From Felis catus (Eukaryota): a stretch of 64,000 nucleotides of DNA. Location: contig NC_058368.1 of the NCBI RefSeq assembly GCF_018350175.1, positions 127,164,001 through 127,228,000 on the forward strand, in the 5' to 3' direction. The notes beneath the pieces were generated by a model that was not told where the DNA came from, did not search any database, and saw only the letters and a list, made by a program, of their open reading frames with translations. Position numbers and translations under genes: made by a program. Positions 25,218-37,412 of this stretch are shown here, piece by piece (positions within the stretch are counted from its first letter, which is position 1; every line of letters starts with the position of its first letter).

Positions 25218-25523
25218 AGTGCTCTCTAGATGATTGATTCCAGCATGTACACATGACATGCCATAAAAAAAAAAAAAACCATGTGAAGGGGAAGGCTGTT
25301 CTGTGGTAAAATAAGTTTGAGAAAGAAATGTAACAAAATTCAATAGTTTTTAAGTAGTCCCCAGGGTCTTTAATGTGCTAATGAATGGATAATGTTCCAT
25401 AGGGAAACAGAATACATAGCTTTTCTGAAAACTATTTGAGCATGAAAGCATTATTTTCCAGAGCAGTTCCAGGGACCAAGGTCTCATGAGACATTTTGTC
25501 ACAGTAGCTTGGGAATCACACTG
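25218..25523. mobile_element. Old hAT-Charlie non-autonomous element (subfamily uncertain)
   Basis: CAGTG...CACTG termini; internal AAATAAGTTTGAGAAA and TTTAATGTGCTAATG. Confidence 0.5.
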
Positions 25524-25582
25524 GGATGAATTCTTGTTGTAGCTCAAAATTGCTGTGCAACCTTGAAAGAGTTAATGAAATA

Positions 25583-26287
25583 CAGTAGCCCCTCCGCTCC
25601 CCCACTTATTAGTGGTTTCTCCTTCTGTAGTTTCAGTTACCTATGGCCAACCACAGTCCGGAAGCAGATGATCCTCCTGACATATCAGAAGGTCAGTGGT
25701 GGCCTAATGCTGCATCACTATGCCTGTGTCATCCAGCTCACTTCATCTCATCGTGCAAGCATTTCATCATCTCATATCATCACAAGAAGAAGAGTAGAGT
25801 ATAATAAGATACTTGGAGAGAGAGACTATATTCACACAGCCTTTATTACAGTATATTGTCATAAACTGCTCTATTTTATCATTAGTTATTGTTGTTAATC
25901 TCTTACTGTGCCTAATTTAGAAATTAAACTTCAGGGGCGCCTGGGTGGCTCAGTCGGTTGAGCGTCCGACCTCAGCTCAGGTCATGATCTCTTGGTTTGT
26001 GAGTTTGAGCCCCGCCTCGGGCTCTGTGCTGACAGCACGGAGCCTGGAGCCTGGAGCCTACTTCAGATTCTGTGTCTCCTTCTCTCTCTGCCCCTCCCCC
26101 ACTTGTGCTCTGTTTCTATCAAGAGTAAATAAATATAAAACAATTTAAAAAAAGAAATTAAACTTCATCATTGGTATGCATGTACAGAAAATTAAAAAAG
26201 CATATATAGGGTTTGGTACTATCTGTGGTGTCATGCATCCCTTGGGATACTTGGAACGTATCACCCACAGATAAGGGTGGGCCACTA
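25583..26287 (+). mobile_element. MER44/Tigger7-like DNA transposon (TcMar), split by a SINE
   Basis: Termini CAGTAGCCCC... and ...GATAAGGGTGGGCCACTA, flanked by TA dinucleotides. Confidence 0.85.
25934..26152 (+). mobile_element. CanSINE inserted in MER44-like element
   Basis: Full SINE; TSD AGAAATTAAACTTCA. Confidence 0.95.
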
Positions 26288-26781
26288 TAGTCTAAGCCTT
26301 ACAGTCTTGAGCTTAAAAAAGGTCATTTAAAAATTATTTAAAAATACTGGGGAAGACTTCTTTATATCCTTGACGTCCAAATGCATCTAGGCTCTTCACA
26401 AATCTGCAAATTCACTAATACTACTGTAGCATATACTTTTCCCTTAGAAAATTTACTAAAATAAATACCCACATTGCTGCTTTCACCCTGTTACTTTATA
26501 GAAATGTTTTTAGTCTTCTTGCCTTTCCTGGAATCTGACTTCCATTAACAGCTCCGGTTTGCTAACATTTTAATTCTCACTTGGTGAACAATTTTGCACT
26601 GACTGGAACATTTCAAAAATATTTGAAAACATTTTCTCTTTCCTGAACACAAGCATATTGTGGGCTATAGTGGATTTGTTCATAGGATTTATTATTTATC
26701 ACTTCAAATTTCACACTTTTTAAATCATTTTTCTATGAATTATTTTCTTAGCTATTTCTTTCTAGTCACTTTTGTCTAGAT

Positions 26782-27221
26782 TAGTGCTGTTCAACAGAAA
26801 TATCATGCGAACCATTAATAGGAGCCATACATGTAATATTAAATTTTCTAAAAGCCACATCATGAAAAGTGTTTAAAGATGAGGTAAGATTTTTTTTTCA
26901 GATTTATTTTTAAGTAATCTCTACACCCAACATGGGGCTTGAACCCACCCTGAGACCAAGAGTCACACGCTCTACAGACTGAGCCAGCCAGGAGCCCCCC
27001 AGGTGAAATTAATTTAATAATATATTTTATTTAACCAAATAGGTGCAAAATATTGCCACCTATACAAGAAATCGTAATAAAAATTACTAATGAGATGTTT
27101 TTCACTTTTGTTCCCACCTCGTACTTGAAATCTGTGCATTTTACACTTCCAGCACATCTCACATGTATTAGCCACGGTTCAAGTGCTCTGTGGCTACTGG
27201 CTGTCTTGTGGGAGAGCACAG
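26782..27221 (+). mobile_element. MER33-like hAT-Charlie element
   Basis: TAGTGCTGTTCAACAGAAAT...GGGAGAGCACAG; 8-bp TSD (G/T)TCTAGAT. Confidence 0.82.
26888..27000 (-). mobile_element. Short tRNA-Lys-derived carnivore SINE (SINEC_old-like), nested in MER33-like element
   Basis: About 110 bp, GGGGCTTGAACCC...GACTGAGCCAGCCAGGAGCCCC, no CT repeat. Confidence 0.8.
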
Positions 27222-27665
27222 TTCTAGATTAGTAGTCAGCTTTCTTTGGGGGCCATTTTTCTACACAGATACAAGATAAACTGATACACAGAGTTAGCTG
27301 CATTTGCAAGGAAGGATGGAGAGTGAGAAAACCATATTATGAGGTGGATACTAGATGATCTACAGGCTCCTTTAATAGTTATGTAACTTAAATCCTCTGA
27401 AGAGCTTAGTTGTACATGGGCTCATCATACTTGATACGAGGCCCCAGAGTTCCTTAAAATAGTTCCATTCACTAAAGTAAAGGGGTGATTGTAATTGATT
27501 TTCAAGTAAAAAAATCAGTAACATCAATTTGAAATGTAAAAATAAATAAATTCTGTAAATATATGTTGAACATCATTTGCATATATAACACTTGACTAGG
27601 TCCTGGCTTTTCGTTATAGTTAACAGATACGAGAAATCCAATTTCCCAGGCAGTGGTATGTATGT

Positions 27666-27679
27666 ACACACACACACAG

Positions 27680-27725
<46 letters not shown>

Positions 27726-27736
27726 AGCCACACACA
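27666..27736. repeat. Imperfect (CA)n microsatellite
   Basis: Read directly. Confidence 0.93.
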
Positions 27737-27811
27737 AAAATACACACATGTATCCAAAGACATACCTACATGCTCATATGCATGTATGTATGTGTGATAT
27801 AAATCCCAGTT

Positions 27812-28021
27812 CTTTTTTTTTTTTTAGTTTATTTATTTTTGAGAGAGAGAGAGAGAGCAGGGGAGGAGAAGAGAGAGAGGCAGACACAGAATCTGAAGCA
27901 GGTTCTAGGCTCTGAGCTGTCAGCGCAGAGCCCCATGCAGGGCTCAGACTCAAACCAAGAGATCATGACCTGAGCCAAAATCAAGTCAGACACTTAACCA
28001 GCTGAGCCACCCAGGTGCCCC
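27812..28021 (-). mobile_element. CanSINE
   Basis: Full body; TSD ATAAATCCCA(G/C)TT. Confidence 0.94.
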
Positions 28022-28068
28022 ATAAATCCCACTTATTTTTAAAGGGTCAGTGGTTGGTGCGTGTTATT

Positions 28069-28071
<3 letters not shown>

Positions 28072-28114
<43 letters not shown>

Positions 28115-28139
28115 CCTCCCTCCCTCCCTCCCTCCCTCT
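28072..28139. repeat. (CT)n(CCCT)n polypyrimidine repeat
   Basis: Read directly. Confidence 0.93.
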
Positions 28140-29790
28140 TTTTAATAATGGGCACTACAGAAGAGAAAGGAGAGACTCATTCTTGTTCTATAGCCAAGCT
28201 TGTTATGACACTTAAGCTTACCCTCAATGGAAAGAAATCTGTAGCTTATTCTTGCAAGTAATGATAATTAACATAAACTGCTTCTATATGCCACACTACT
28301 GTATGCATGCATCATCTCACTTAATACAGCAGTGGATGATGTAGGTACAGAGGCAACTGAACAGAGTACCTTCAAGAAGTTTAATAAAGGCCATATAACC
28401 CATAAATGGAACAGCCACAATTTGAACTTAGGAACCTCTGCTCAGTCACGAAGCTAAACTATTCACTTTAAATTCATGATGTTCTAAACACTCTTTCGAT
28501 AACGATTTGTTTTCTAAGCTGAATTAGGTACTTGAAAGCAATGCTGATATTTCTTATGACTTAAATATCTCTGAAGATCTTAATGGGAAAGAACATTGTA
28601 AATACCTACTTTCATACTTAGCATAACCTCTCACTTTATTTTATTCCAAGATCCATCCCGGAAAAGACTCAGCTTCTTTGTTTAGCTCTAACAAATACGA
28701 GAATCTACAACATATGGCGCCTCTTACCAGGATCATTTCTCCCAGTGTTTTCGTTCATCTTTAATGTGGATATTCGGTGGTCTGCTGGCTCATGAGAGAT
28801 GACAGACATCCTCTTCTGTAAACTGTGAATAACTATATTTGGACTTGCTTCTTCATGCTTTTTTACTAATCCTTTTTGTTTTTCTCATTTGTTAAACTGA
28901 AACCTTAAAATGATCAAATTTATCTTAATAGTATCTAAATTTTTGTTTTGGTACAGTGACAAAGTTTAACTCATTACTAGTTGGACATCAATCAGTTGAA
29001 TCAACTGGACAAGTAAATAACCCACAGATTTCACAGTAGTCCATTTGAAAGTAGGCATCAGGGAGGTTTCTGTCTTAAAGCACCAAATAATAGAAGGTAG
29101 ACAAAAGTAGTCTTCATTTTCAGAGCCATACTCTTGCTTTTACTTACTAAGTGTATCGAAAGAATAATTACTATTATTCAGAAGAATAATGTTAGCAAAA
29201 GAGTCACTTTTGGAAGTCTGCCAACCTCTGATTTAAGCAACATATATCAGACTTGAACACATAAAATTTGGGGCTTCGTGTGTCTAGCAGATCATACATG
29301 CTCATACATTGGTTAAATGAACGACTGGATTGCATACATGTTCAAAGAGTCATTGAACTATTCTTTGTTCTTTCATTGAACTATTCATTGATCATCTTTG
29401 ATCTTTGCTGAGCTTGGTGTTAGTATCATCAATATTTGTTTGATTATGAAGAAGTATGTAGGTAAATACCCTGGGTCATTTATAGTTATTTTTACTTTTG
29501 TAATGTTATTTCTATCAACTTAAAGGGATAGAGTCATTAATTAAATAGTTTGCACAATCAATTTCATGTGAGAAGGCTGAGGTATATGGAAGTTAAGTGC
29601 CTTGCCTGATACTGTACGATGAGCGAAGACAAGAGTGAAAATCTAGTAGAGCGAGCTGCTGCTCTTCCAAGCAAACACTGGGAGAGTTCATATTATCATT
29701 ACCATATAAAAATAACCTAAGTAAATACTGAAGTGCTGGGACTTCATCACTATGATAATAAAGAATGTTTATATTGAAAGTAAGAAATTA

Positions 29791-29999
29791 GGGGCGCCTG
29801 GGTGGCTCAGTCGGTTGAGCGTCCGACTTCGGCTCAGGTCATGATCTTGCGGTCTGTGAGTTCGAGCCCCGTGTCGGGCTCTGTGCTGACAGCTCAGAGC
29901 CTGGAGCCTGTTTCAGATTCTGTGTCTTCCTCTCTCTGACCCTCCCCCGTTCATGCTCTGTCTCTCTCTGTCTCAAAAATAAATAAACGTTAAAAAAAA
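29791..29999 (+). mobile_element. CanSINE (young SINEC_Fc-type)
   Basis: Many CpGs retained; TSD GAAAGTAAGAAAT(T/C)A. Confidence 0.95.
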
Positions 30000-30876
30000 G
30001 AAAGTAAGAAATCATATTTTCTGTGGTGAGTTACACAACAAACAGTAAAGAAATGAAGTCTGATGTTGGATTGGAATATGAAAAAAATATATTAACCTTC
30101 ACATAATATACAAAATAATTTATGGAAAGAACTTGTTCATGGGTGTTATAATAAAACCTTTTCTATCTATTTAGTCATCCCTTAGTTTTCATTTTCAACA
30201 AAGGAAAGCTAAAAAAAATGTCTTGGCCCCTGCCTTCCTCTCTCCCCTGTAACTGATCACAAAAGATGAGTAAAAATGCTTGAAATATGGCCAATGATCA
30301 CTGAACTTTTCACACAAACTTCCTGATATTTTCAGTGATATAGGATACTGGTCAGTTTTCTCAGAAACATTATAAATTTTTCTCTGAGGATGGAAACAAT
30401 ATTGGAGGATGAGGCCAGGTTTCAGACTCAGTCTCTTAAATTCTTACTTTAGATATGTCTTAGGGCTCTTGTTCAGTGGTTTAAATAATTCATGGAAAAG
30501 CAAATGTTCTGGCAACCTCATTCTCAACATCTCAAAAAAAAAAAAGCTTATATTCTCTGTCTTTAGTTCTCATCTTCCCTGTCATTGGTGTTTATCTCAA
30601 CACTGTTTCTATCAATGGAACCAAGAGTAGACCATTAAAAGCTACAGATATGTATTTATTTTAAGCATTTACAAGAACCCCCATGATTCATTTTCAGGGT
30701 CTACACATTTTGTCAGTGTATCAGTGTATTATGTTATGAAGTTTCTACTATACTAACAATAATTAGGATTAGTTTTGGATCCTACTAGGGGGACCACAAG
30801 TGAATTTTGACTGATTTCACATGGAGGTAGAAATTTGTATTTTATTTGCAAAATTTACTCTCTCTGAAAAATTTAT

Positions 30877-31386
30877 TCTTTTTAAATTTTTTTTCTTTTT
30901 TTTCTTTTTTTTGAAGGAGACCATTGCTTCTACACACAGAAAACTCAACAGCATACACCTGGCCCAGTTTTGAGGCTACTTCCTCAGCCTTTGCCTCTTC
31001 TAGTCTGGAACTGTGAGCCACAGATTTTGGACACAGGATGTTCCTTCCCAAGTGATGGCAGATCTCATCATATCTGTCATTATAATTGGTCCTGATAGCT
31101 TCTACCAGCTTAGCCAGAGCTCCTTTGTCTCCTGAGTTCACCTGTGTGAAGGGGATCATGGTGCAGATCTTCCCGTGGACCAGATGCTCCAGCCTAGTCT
31201 TCCTCTTGATAATGCAGAGGGATCCTCATCTGATGATACAAGGCAGGCAGGGAGACTACCAGCTCTATAGGATCCATATCATGTGCCATCACTACCAGCT
31301 AAGTTTTCTTGTTTTCCACAAAGATGGTGACAGTACTAACCCTGCGGAAGGACTGGTGACCTCTTAGTATGAATTTCTCCTTTGCA
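30877..31386 (-). pseudogene. RPL7A: Processed, 5'-truncated pseudogene of 60S ribosomal protein L7a (eL8)
   Basis: Minus-strand translation [30 protein letters not shown]...KLG matches the RPL7A C-terminus. A degenerate upstream part (AHDMDPIELVV-like) has frameshifts. It is intronless, with a remnant 3' UTR (CTGTTGAGTTTTCTGT) and a poly(A) tail (T-rich 30877-30912). Confidence 0.93.
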
Positions 31387-31404
31387 CTTCCAATCTCCTA
31401 AACC

Positions 31405-31568
31405 CTTTCTACTCATCTCAGGGTCCAAGGACCAGGATCATTAGCACCATCTTGGAGGTTGCTAGGGATGCAGAATCTCAGGCCTTATTCTTGACCTACT
31501 CATTCAGAATTTGCATTGTAACAAGATCGTCAGGAGATGGGTGTACATCCGGTTTTTAGAGGCACTGG
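31405..31568 (+). mobile_element. MER5A1-like hAT-Charlie element
   Basis: ATGCAGAATCTCAGGCC...GACCTACT...CAGAATTTGCATTGTAACAAGATC...GCACTG. Confidence 0.78.
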
Positions 31569-32458
31569 CCTAAGGCATAGAACTTAGTATTTAATTACAA
31601 AATGTCTTGTTCCTTTCAGCAAAAGTGTCAGTTTCTCTTCAGTTTCTAGTACCAAGCATAAGCTATTTATTTAAATATAATAAAATGATTGAAAACAAAG
31701 AAGAAAAGGAAAAAAAAAGCTTTCTAAGGTAAAAATAAAGCCTGAAAAAATCATGCCCTTTATTTTATTTTCCAAAGTTTTATTTTGCTGTCAGATTCTT
31801 TTACAAACCACTGTCTCAGAATAAGTTCCCAAATGGAGGTCGACTGTGATCATGCCTGGTGGACCCATCTGCATTCGATGACTATAGGCTGATTATCTAC
31901 TTAAAGGATGATCCTCATCCCTAGCACTCCCCTTTCTGTATGAATTTGAATATTTCATATCTGCCCTGTCCAGCAGGCAGGACAACAGGGAATGAAAACA
32001 AAGATAAGCCATTCTGGTCTTCTTTAGCAGTTTTGCTAAAAGATTTGATAGTCTGAAACACTGGTTAAAGTGAATTCTGTAGACTTTAATTTACCATAGC
32101 TCAGTGATAAATTTTAATTTACCATTGACAAAATGATTAGCTATCCTAGGCTGCAATTTGGTATGTATTGGGAAGAACATTTTCGGGACCTGGAAGAATT
32201 AATACAAGTTCCAGTGGGATCCAAGGAGTTTCGGGCACCAAATGTTGGTCCTGAGGATTATATTTTTAGTAAAACCTCATTTCTGAGGAATTTAAAAGTG
32301 AAGCTCAAATATAACAACTTCAAGAGCCCACTAAGGTAGAGATTAAAAGTTAAAAGAGAACATTATAAATCCTTAACTCCTTTCCTAATTTTCAAGTCAG
32401 GTGACATTATATAGAAACTCTTATTTTCAAAGTTCATGATTTAAAATGTCTGTCCAGA

Positions 32459-32623
32459 GGGGCACCTGGTGGCTCAGTCAGTTAAGTGTCCGACTTCAGC
32501 TCAGGTCACGATCTCATGGCTTGTGAGTTTGAGCCCTGCGTCAGGCTCTGAGCTGACAGCTTGGAGCCTGGAGCCTCTTCTGATTCTGTGTCTCCCTCTC
32601 TCTCTGCTCTTCCCCCACTCATG

Positions 32624-32664
<41 letters not shown>

Positions 32665-32697
32665 AAAAGTAAACATTAACTAAATAAAAAAAAAAAA
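32459..32697 (+). mobile_element. CanSINE
   Basis: Full body; TSD core TCTGTCCAG. Confidence 0.93.
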
Positions 32698-33594
32698 TCT
32701 GTCCAGTAATAAAGTTTGTTTCATGTCATGAAACCCCAAGAATACATTTCTACTGCCTTAACTTTCCTTTGTGTTCTGCTGGATATGCCGCCAATTAGAG
32801 AGACATAGGATTGGATTTTGAAAGCCTCAAGAAATAGGAACCACAGTTATTACACATGCTAAATGTCTTCAGTCATTGTCTAAAATTAATGATCACACTT
32901 TGAGATGGTACAAACTGAACCAGGGTCAGCTTACTTACTTGATGTACCAGAAACCAGACTGGTATCATAAATCAGTTTATGATGAGCTTTAGAGAGAATG
33001 ACATACAAAAGGGGATTATATGTCACCAGGATCTTGACATTAAAAAAATAAATAAATAAAGACACAATGAGAAAGAAAGAGGAAAGAGAATAAAGGAAAT
33101 GTACTGTATAATAACTTACATTGCCTATGTATTTGCTAATGTGTTTAAACAGGTTAGGTTGGCTTAGGAAAAGTCCGAAACAACTTTTCTAAGAAATAAT
33201 TTATGGGAGGGAAAACCTCATTTAAAGTGAGCATAGGATATATAGCTAGAACCAAAAGTAGGAGATGGACATTTTAAAACAGAATAAAATATTATTAATT
33301 GTTTTGGCTCACAATGGTTATTGCTGGGTTGACAAATCAATCTGGATAAAATGTAAGAATACGATTATAGATTTAAACTGAATACATGTCAAAGATGGGG
33401 TCAATTCTGTTTCTGCACAATGTGCCATGTTTTCTACTAGGCCTTCATTCCATAGGTGTGTTCTATTCACCACGAGGAGAAACAATGTGAATGCCATACT
33501 ATTCCTGGAAAATCAGGTTTTATGAATCAGAATATCCATCTCCTAGGCAATCATTTATTAAGATGCTGTCATTGAAAATGGAATACCTAGATGG

Positions 33595-34185
33595 CCTGCC
33601 CTTTGGCGAGGATGAGGAAAACTGGAACACTGTCTCAGAAATTATATAAATGGTACAATCACTTTGGCAACTTATTTGGTGATATCTAAAAACATGCATA
33701 AACTGCAGTCCAGAAATTCTACTCTTTGGGATACATCCAGCATATGTATATGCACTCACACTTACACATAGACCATAGTCATTTGTTTATCAGGTGACAT
33801 ATACTAGAATGTTCATAGCATCTCTATTCATAATAGCCTCAAACTGAAATACCCAACTATATGTCAACAATAACATTAATGAGTAATTGACAGTATATTC
33901 ACTCATGATATATTATCATGAGAATGAACAATCTACAACCACAAAAAACAATATAGATGAATGTTACTATTGCAATGTTGATGGGAAGAGGCCAAAACAG
34001 AAGAGTTTATATTATATAATTTCATTCATAAAAAAAGTTCAGAAACAGGCAAAAAAAAAAACCTTCTGTGCTCTTAGAATTCTGGATAGTTGTTATCTTT
34101 GGAAGCACTGTGACTGCAGAGAGCACGAAAGGGTATCCTTGGTCATGTTTTATTTCTGGATCCGAGGGCTGGTTATATGAATATG
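33595..34185 (+). mobile_element. Ancient L1 3' fragment (L1ME-like)
   Basis: Degenerate AAATGGTACAATCACTTTGG, AGAATGTTCATAGCA and AAACAGGCAAAA motifs. Confidence 0.75.
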
Positions 34186-34509
34186 GCTAAGGCTAAGCAT
34201 TTTTTTTCCTGAGCTAGTTGCATATTCACACCCATCATCTTGAACCGATAGATTCTCATGGAGCACTAAGGGCTATATATAAGAAAAGAGAGTCCCTTTC
34301 CTTTTTACCAATACTGGGTGGGCAACATAGTTATTTTTAAGTCATCTAGAGCTAACAGAAACATTAAGCCTTTCAAGTTCATTTCAAAACAGAAGACAAT
34401 TGTCTCCCCTGCCAATAATTTCTTCTTTACCTTTCTTGGCATTTCTGCAAGTGAGATCTCTCTGACATATCTGTTGTCTCAGTCCAAATGGATTTTCTTT
34501 AGGAAGAGG

Positions 34510-35092
34510 AAAACAGTGTGTAGGTTCCTCAAAAAATTAAAAACAGATCTACCCTATGACCCAGCAATAGCACTGCTAGGAATTTACCCAAGGGACACAG
34601 GAGTGCTGATGCATAGGGGCACTTGTATCCCAATGTTTATAGCAGCACTCTCAACAATAGCCAAATTATGGAAAGGGCCTAAATGTCCATCCACTGATGA
34701 ATGGATAAAGAAATTGTGGTTTATATACACAATGGAATACTATTTGGCAATGAGAAAGAAGGAAATATGGCCTTTTGTAGCAATGTGGATGGAACTGGAG
34801 ATTGTTATGCTAAGTGAAATAAGTCATACAGAGAAAGACAGATACCATATGGTTTCACTCTTATGTGGATCCTGAGAAACTTAACAGAAGACCATCGGGG
34901 AGGGGAAGGAAAAAAAAAGTTATAGAGGGAGAGAGCCAAACCATAAGAGACTCTTAAAAACTGAGAACAATCTGAGGGCTGATGGGGGGTGGGAGGGAGG
35001 GGAGGGCACCTGTTTGGATGAGCCCTGGGTGTTGTATGGAAACCATTTTGATGATAAATTTCATATTTTAAAAAAAGGAAAAAAAAGAAAAA
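34510..35092 (+). mobile_element. 5'-truncated felid L1 (L1_Fc-like): ORF2 C-terminus, 3' UTR and poly(A)
   Basis: Encodes LPYDPAIALLGIYP...WIKKLWFIYTMEYY...MLSEISHTEKDRYHMVSLLCGS (L1 ORF2 end); G-rich 3' UTR; TSD AGGAAGAGG (34501-34509, 35093-35101). Confidence 0.95.
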
Positions 35093-36609
35093 AGGAAGAG
35101 GCACCTGACGGTGGTTGTCCCTGAGTATCTCAGCCAAGGGTTAGGGGAGCAGCTCACACAAGAGAAGTTGTAGAGTATCCTCTTCCTCAACAAGGGGACA
35201 CAGAACAAAAACGTGCCCACCACCAGCAGCAGCACCACTGGCAGCTGGCAACTGGCTTTGCTTAACACATTTTGAACTTCATAACAAATGGCTACAGAAG
35301 GTTATGGTGGGAAAATATCCAGTCATTTTCTAGGAAATGGTAAGTATATACATACGTAAAACAATTATAGGAGCAGTAAAATGTTTTTGTCTTTCAGTTC
35401 ATCTGAGATCGAGACAGTGACGCTTTGTGGAACTCACGGATGAGAACTTATTATCAAGTACAACCCAAAAATGGCAAAAGGATTTTTCTGTTATGGTTTT
35501 CTCTCTCGTATGGTGACCACTCTTTCACTAGAGAATGCACTTACATCATCAAATTAATGTGATGCCTAAACAGGACATAAATCTTCCCTTTAGATGAGAA
35601 CACTAATCAGATTCAGCTAGTTTTTCACTCTCCATCCATCTAAACACTGCAGTTATGTGAAAAGAAAAACCTCTGGAAACCAAGGATACTTTACAAAGTT
35701 AGACCTCTCTTCCTAGCCAATCCATTTTACTATCCTATATAAACAAATTCTGCCATTGCATTCCTTTATCCATAGCAACTTCAAGTGGATAATCCACAAA
35801 TCAATTAAAGACAAGTTAATTGCCAAAAGGGATCAAGCAACAAGCATTAGAAGCATAATATTTACAGGCACCATCTTAAAATCTATGTGTTAGAGAAAAG
35901 TTGGGCTGACTAGCTCTCCCTGTAATCCAACAATTTAAATGTGTATGATAACTTTTGAAAATAAAAAAAAAATGCATCACATTATTTCTCCCAGCTTATG
36001 ACATCTCTATTTTTAGGGCTGACATGGACAGATAAACCAAGCCAAAAAAAGGTACTACTGTAGGATATACTACTGCTATTGATTTTTAAATTTCATTTTT
36101 TAACTTTAATATTTGATATCATGGAACTTTTTGAGGATTACACAAAACAATGTAAAAGAAAGTATGATATCCACCCCCCTTTCCTTCTCCTCTTTGCATG
36201 TTTACACTTAAGGAGAAGCAAAGACAAATTCACTGAGGAGACTGGAGTCTGATATGACCAAGAACACAGTCAATAATGAGGTGAATATCCATGTGGTTCC
36301 ATCAACTGGGTGCAATTCTTAGTTATGTCTTGCCTGCCTAGGACTGCAAATGTACTCACGGATATATGGAATGGACACACTTCAATTATATGTAACTAAA
36401 TAGCTCTTTTCTTTATGAAGGCTTCCTTGATTTCTTCAGGCAGAATCTCCTGTCTCAGTACCTACGATGTTTTATGTAGTTGTTAACTTGTTTATGCTTT
36501 CTTCCACTAAGAGGTAAGCTGTGTGAGAGCAAAGATCTCATCCATTTTCCTTATCATTATATTCCTAATATAAGGTTAATACTGTCAGGTGGCTAGTAAA
36601 ACACCAGAC

Positions 36610-37412
36610 AAAGGGGTGTGCTAGAGCTGTCCACACCAGCTGAAAAAGCAGACTCTTCCATGTTCAGGAGTATTTCTAAATTGGTCATTATACCTACAAC
36701 TGTAAAAAGTTAAATGATATGGGGTACCTGGGTGGCTCAGTCGGTTAAGCATCCGACTTCAGTTCAGGTCATGATCTCACAGCTCGTGGGTTCGAGCCCC
36801 ACATCAGTCTCTGTGCTGACAGCTCAGAGCCTGGAGCCTGCTTCAGATTCTGTGTCTCCCTCTCTCTCTGCTCCTCCCCGGCTCATGCTCTCTGTCTCAT
36901 TTAAAAAAAAAAAAAAGTTAGAGAGGGAGGGAGCCAAAACATAAGAGACTCTTAAAAACTGAGAACAAACTGAGGGTTGATGGGGGGTGGGTGATGGGTA
37001 TTGAGGAGGGCACCTGTTGGGATGAGACTGGGTGTTGTATGGAAACCAATTTGACAATAAATTTCATATTAAAAATAATAAAAACATAAACGTTAAAAAA
37101 GTTAAATGATATAAACTTATTAAATAAATGATGTTAAAAACACTAGTAATAAACATCCAAAACTCTTTAGTTCCTAGCACTTTGACTACATTGTTACATT
37201 ATGTACAGTCTTAAGTTCATTTACATCAACATATCTGCCTGCACTACAACGCACCTCTTGCCAACTCTCCATCAAGTGACCTCTACAACTTGAAATGGGC
37301 CACTGGGAGGATTTGAGGAGTTTTGAAATCAGCAAATATTACAAACAGCCTTTTTTTTCCTTTTGGTGTCTTCACAGAAAGCTGGCTGTTAACATTTACC
37401 AGCCCACTACTG
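36610..37412. mobile_element. MER63-like hAT element, interrupted by the SINE/L1 composite
   Basis: Termini GGTGTGCTAGAGCTG... and ...TTAACATTTACCAGCCCACTACTG. Confidence 0.55.
36721..37095 (+). mobile_element. CanSINE containing a ~170-bp L1_Fc 3' UTR fragment in its tail
   Basis: SINE body 36721-36898, L1 3' UTR ~36903-37070, SINE-type tail ATAAACGTTAAAAAA; single perfect 17-bp TSD AAAAAGTTAAATGATAT (36704-36720, 37096-37112). Confidence 0.93.

Noticed and set aside
28728..28815. Exon-like 88-nt segment (tttacag|...CCTG|gtaaga) reading KRMSVISHEPADHRISTLKMNENTGRNDP
   Set aside because: Its ATG frame ends in phase 1, incompatible with the phase-2 PDE4D junction; entry in phase 2 hits a stop; no homology recognised. 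At most a cryptic poison exon.
34318..34875. Longest ORF (185 aa)
   Set aside because: GTG start in flanking DNA running by chance into L1 ORF2 C-terminus; not a gene
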